A DNA stretch of 64,000 nt from Camelus ferus (Eukaryota). A program made the position numbers and the translations under genes. Below, piece after piece: positions 60,696-64,000 of the stretch (its first letter is position 1; the number at the start of each line of letters is the position of its first letter). The stretch covers positions 16,306,001 to 16,370,000 of the forward strand of contig NC_045724.1 in the NCBI RefSeq assembly GCF_009834535.1, read 5' to 3'. Below the pieces are notes generated by a model. It was not told the origin of the DNA. It ran no database searches and worked only from the letters and a program-made list of their open reading frames with translations.

Positions 60696-61188
60696 GCAGG
60701 ACACAGCTCCCAGGACCAAGGGGTGGTGGAACATCCAGTTCCTAATGTTGCTTCTCCTACCTATCCCACCCCCACTCTCAGGCATCTGGAGGCTAAATTG
60801 CCTCCTGCCAGAGATAGTTTTGGAGTTGGTGTCCCATCCCCCAGCTTCCTCCTGGCTCCCAGTCTCCCTGCTGTTTTCCAACCTATGATCTCTGCTTTGG
60901 TGTCTGTGCTTCTCTTTTTCTCTATAGTTCCTTGCCTGGATCTCTGTCTTTATCTCTAGGTCTCTCCACCTACACTCCTCCACTGGTCTTTATTTCTCTA
61001 TATTTGTGTTTTTTTCTCTGTGGGTCTCATTTTAACATTCAGTGAGAAACACACAGATGTTATCACTGAGACCTCAGACAAGAAGCTCACCATCAGACAG
61101 GCAGCAAAGGGACTGAACTGACCCCTGTTTGCATTAAGTTGCTCGCTGCTCCTCGCTCTTTTTCCCAAGCTTGGTTGGCTATACCTAG

Positions 61189-61238
61189 GTGCGTGTGTGT
61201 ACGTGTGTGTGTGTGTGTGTACAAGTGTGTGCATGTGC
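61189..61238 (+). repeat. Interrupted (TG)n tract in the SYNPO2L 3' UTR
   Basis: GTGCGTGTGTGTACGTGTGTGTGTGTGTGTGTACAAGTGTGTGCATGTGC. Confidence 0.85.
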
Positions 61239-62065
61239 ACAGATGTGCTCTTCTGGGCAAGAACAAGAGGAGAGGTAGAGACCCAATCTGGGTTTTGCCC
61301 TTGTACTGATGGAAGAAGGGTCAGCTGTCCCCACATGGATTGCCTGGTGGGGAGAAAGATTCACTAGAGTTAAAGACCATCATCTGTAGCAGATGTAGAG
61401 CATTTTGTGAAACTCATGGAGGATGAGGAGACTTGAAGGGCCAGGGCAGTTTGTATGGGTTGAGTTACACCAGCTAGACCAGGAACAGAACTAAGAATGC
61501 TGTTCCTCAGGATTTCAGAAAGTTAGCAACTCAAGAGGCCCATGCTGAGCAACAAAGCATCCAGGAAGTGAAAAAAAAATTTTCCTCTGAGAATAAACAA
61601 ATCATTGGCTTTATTGTCCCATGACTCTAAGCTAGAAAGGAAGGTGACTAGAGCCATGATGTGGAAAGTGAGGTAGAAACCAGGAGCAGACCAGAAGTGA
61701 ATGACATTGATTGGGCCACAGAGAGGAACATGGTGAGGGAGAGTGCAGTGTTGGCAGAGTAAAATTGGGGAATAAGAAACCAACTGTGTACACAAGGAGA
61801 GTTGGGGGAAATTTTGAGGGAGAAGAATGTATTTGTTAGAGTGAAGGGGGATGATGGTGGAGGGATGTGTGTGTGCCGAGTGTTGAGAGAACGGGTGGTA
61901 TCTGTGCTGCCTCCCTTGAGTCTGTCCCTCTGTCTTCTGCAGCTTGTCATAACTACCTGGGAAAGGGCAAGGAAGCAGCCAGAGCCAAAAACCTCTTTTT
62001 AAGTTCTACCCCATCCCTCAAACCCTAGCTCGTGTTCCTTTCCAGCTTCAGGTCCTGATCACTGA

Positions 62066-62109
62066 CCCTAGAGGGGTCCGGACTCCCCTAGAGGGATCCG
62101 GACTCCCCT
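62066..62109. repeat. 20-bp tandem duplication with one mismatch
   Basis: CCCTAGAGGG(G/A)TCCGGACTC at 62066-62085 and 62086-62105. Confidence 0.9.
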
Positions 62110-62211
62110 CTCACCATGGCCACCACCAGTCACGTTTGTTGCTTGATCTGGAAATTGATCATTTCCTTTGCATACCGGGTGTGAGTCATAGTACTTTGGT
62201 TTGTGCACAAG

Positions 62212-62217
62212 AATAAA
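62212..62217 (+). terminator. SYNPO2L: Candidate SYNPO2L polyadenylation signal
   Basis: AATAAA about 1.5 kb after the stop, followed by a U/GU-rich stretch. Confidence 0.55.
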
Positions 62218-64000
62218 CTTATGCTCCCTACCTTCTGTTGTCATCTCTTCAAGCTTTATACCTAAATCCTGGTCTCCCCTTCATCTCTCCTTCACTCCCC
62301 TGATATCCTGATTCCTGATCTCTCTCCATTCCTGCCTTTTACGTTTCACCCTTTTGCCCTTCACCCCCTGATATTTTGCTCTTCTCCTGCTGCAGTGCAG
62401 CCCCTCCCCTGGTTTCCTCTCTCCACATTCTCAATTTGGATTCTCCCCTTCTCCATCTTCTGTGCCATACTTCTCAGACAAGGCTTCAGCTTACCAAACC
62501 AAGAGAAGTCAGAAAGGCCCTCTGAGCCTTTTGCCATCAACACTTCCCCAAGTCCCTGGAGAAGATGAAGGGAAAGCAATGACTGAAGGTGAAGGTTGTG
62601 TGAGAGAGAGAAGGAGAGAGAGGGTGGATCAGTGTGAACTGAGACTAATAAAAAAGAGAAAGCACTGGGAAGACAGGCTAGAATTAGACTTCAGTGAAGG
62701 AAAGTGCCATTGCTCCAATTTTACCAGCAGGGGGCATATTTGTGCCAATAACCAGGCCCATGTCCCTGATTCTCCCAAATACACAGCCTCTCAGAGCTCC
62801 AAAGAAAGGGTCAGACAGCCTAGGCTAAATATTCTGTCTCTTATCTACCCGGTACTCAATCATAGGAGACCAAAATTTTTGTTTGTTTTTGTTGTTTTTG
62901 AGGGAAAGATGGTAGTAATGATGAAATCACCTTTGCTACTTATGGTTTTTCATTGAATTGTTTTTCTGAGTTAGGGGGAGTGGAGAAAGAGGACAAAAGA
63001 TGAGGGATCTGGAGGCTAAACTGGTCTGGGCAGAGGGGAGCAGGGTGACTTTTCAGCCCCTAACCTGAACTTGTAAAGTTCAGGAAGGGAAAGGGGTGGA
63101 GTGGAGAAGAGTAGAGAGCTTACAGTGGGACAGAAAGGTATTCTGGGAGCTACAAAAGCCACTTTCTTTACAGCAGAGGTGCAACAGCTAGTTCTAGAAC
63201 CTGAGCAGAAGATGGAAGAGGATCCAGGATGTTCATGCAGCTACTAAGGAAGGGGCTGAGCAGATGTCAGGCTTCCCTCCTGGGGGCTCTCAAGCTTGGG
63301 CCCCTGCCCAGAGACTTCTCTGGACCAGAGTGAATGGGACCAGTCCAGATCCTATGGGGTGGGGTGCATGCTCCCTTTGAAGAAAATCCCAAGTAGGAAG
63401 CTCAGAGAGTAAGGTCAGAAGCCTGCATTTACTTCTCAAGGAGACATGGACATCTACCCAGGAGAGCAGGCAGAACTAAGCACCCCAACTGACAATGGGG
63501 GTGAAAAGCAGAAATTGGTCAATTCTCTTCCCCCACATCATCCCCAGCCACCTAAAAAGAACTGGATTTGGTTAATTTGGTCTCTTAGCCTGCCAAGATT
63601 TGGCCCTCCCAGAGGAAAGACCAACCCATCCAGGAACTTTCAAAGGGCAGTTCCACTGTGAACAGACTTGCCTTACCCAAACATAGCACCTTAAGCCCTC
63701 CCACCCCCAAAATGCATCCACATGTCCTTCCAGCTCCGGCCAGGATTGTCTCTGAACGACTCTGGGGACACGTTCTCTAGGTTCTCAGTCTCCTACTGCA
63801 AATTCCTATCTACCACTTGCTGCCTGCTTCCTCCCTCCCTCTCAGCTTTCAGTTTCTCCCTAAATGCTTCTTTGGATCTCAGCCTATAGGTGCCAAGGAG
63901 GGGGAGTCCCTGGGCAGACTGAACCCTGGCTCAGACAGCTTAGTGAGAGAATCCCAAAGGTCTTTCCTCCCCATCCTGAGCCTCTAGACAAGGAGGGCGG

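Noticed and set aside
62240-64000. Start of MYOZ1, expected downstream by synteny
   Set aside because: No MYOZ1-like coding exon or clear first exon is recognisable; the gene probably begins beyond the right edge.

Overview
Mammalian genomic DNA, probably camelid (two tRNA-derived SINE copies resemble the camelid Vic-1 family). The window covers the gene-dense block orthologous to human 10q22.2. Left to right: the last three coding exons of NDST2 (+); ZSWIM8 (-, 26 exons, convergent with NDST2); CHCHD1 (-, 3 exons, 118 aa); FUT11/POFUT4 (-, 3 exons, 493 aa); SEC24C (-, 22 coding exons plus a non-coding first exon, about 1090 aa); and SYNPO2L/CHAP (+, long PDZ and short isoform first exons), head-to-head with SEC24C. 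I located splice sites and checked exon phases by hand. The rest is ancient L1/L2/MIR/hAT repeats, microsatellites and CpG-island promoters. I found no evidence of a wholly new gene system. Best leads: (1) single-base +1 frameshifts in ZSWIM8 (5242-5243) and SYNPO2L (59543-59544), most likely sequence errors but consequential if real; (2) nine N-runs, all with length 4 mod 8, eight on coding exons, which looks like algorithmic masking; (3) the ninth N-run sits between a strong acceptor tract and RBFOX motifs and probably hides an alternative SEC24C exon; (4) a 3-codon uORF whose stop overlaps the SEC24C start (TAATG), and a single long overlapping uORF upstream of ZSWIM8; (5) a 17-nt duplicate of a ZSWIM8 exon end plus donor; (6) a 77-bp tandem duplication whose copies differ only by a hairpin-loop micro-inversion. 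Comparisons with human or mouse proteins are from memory, not from a database search, and need checking.
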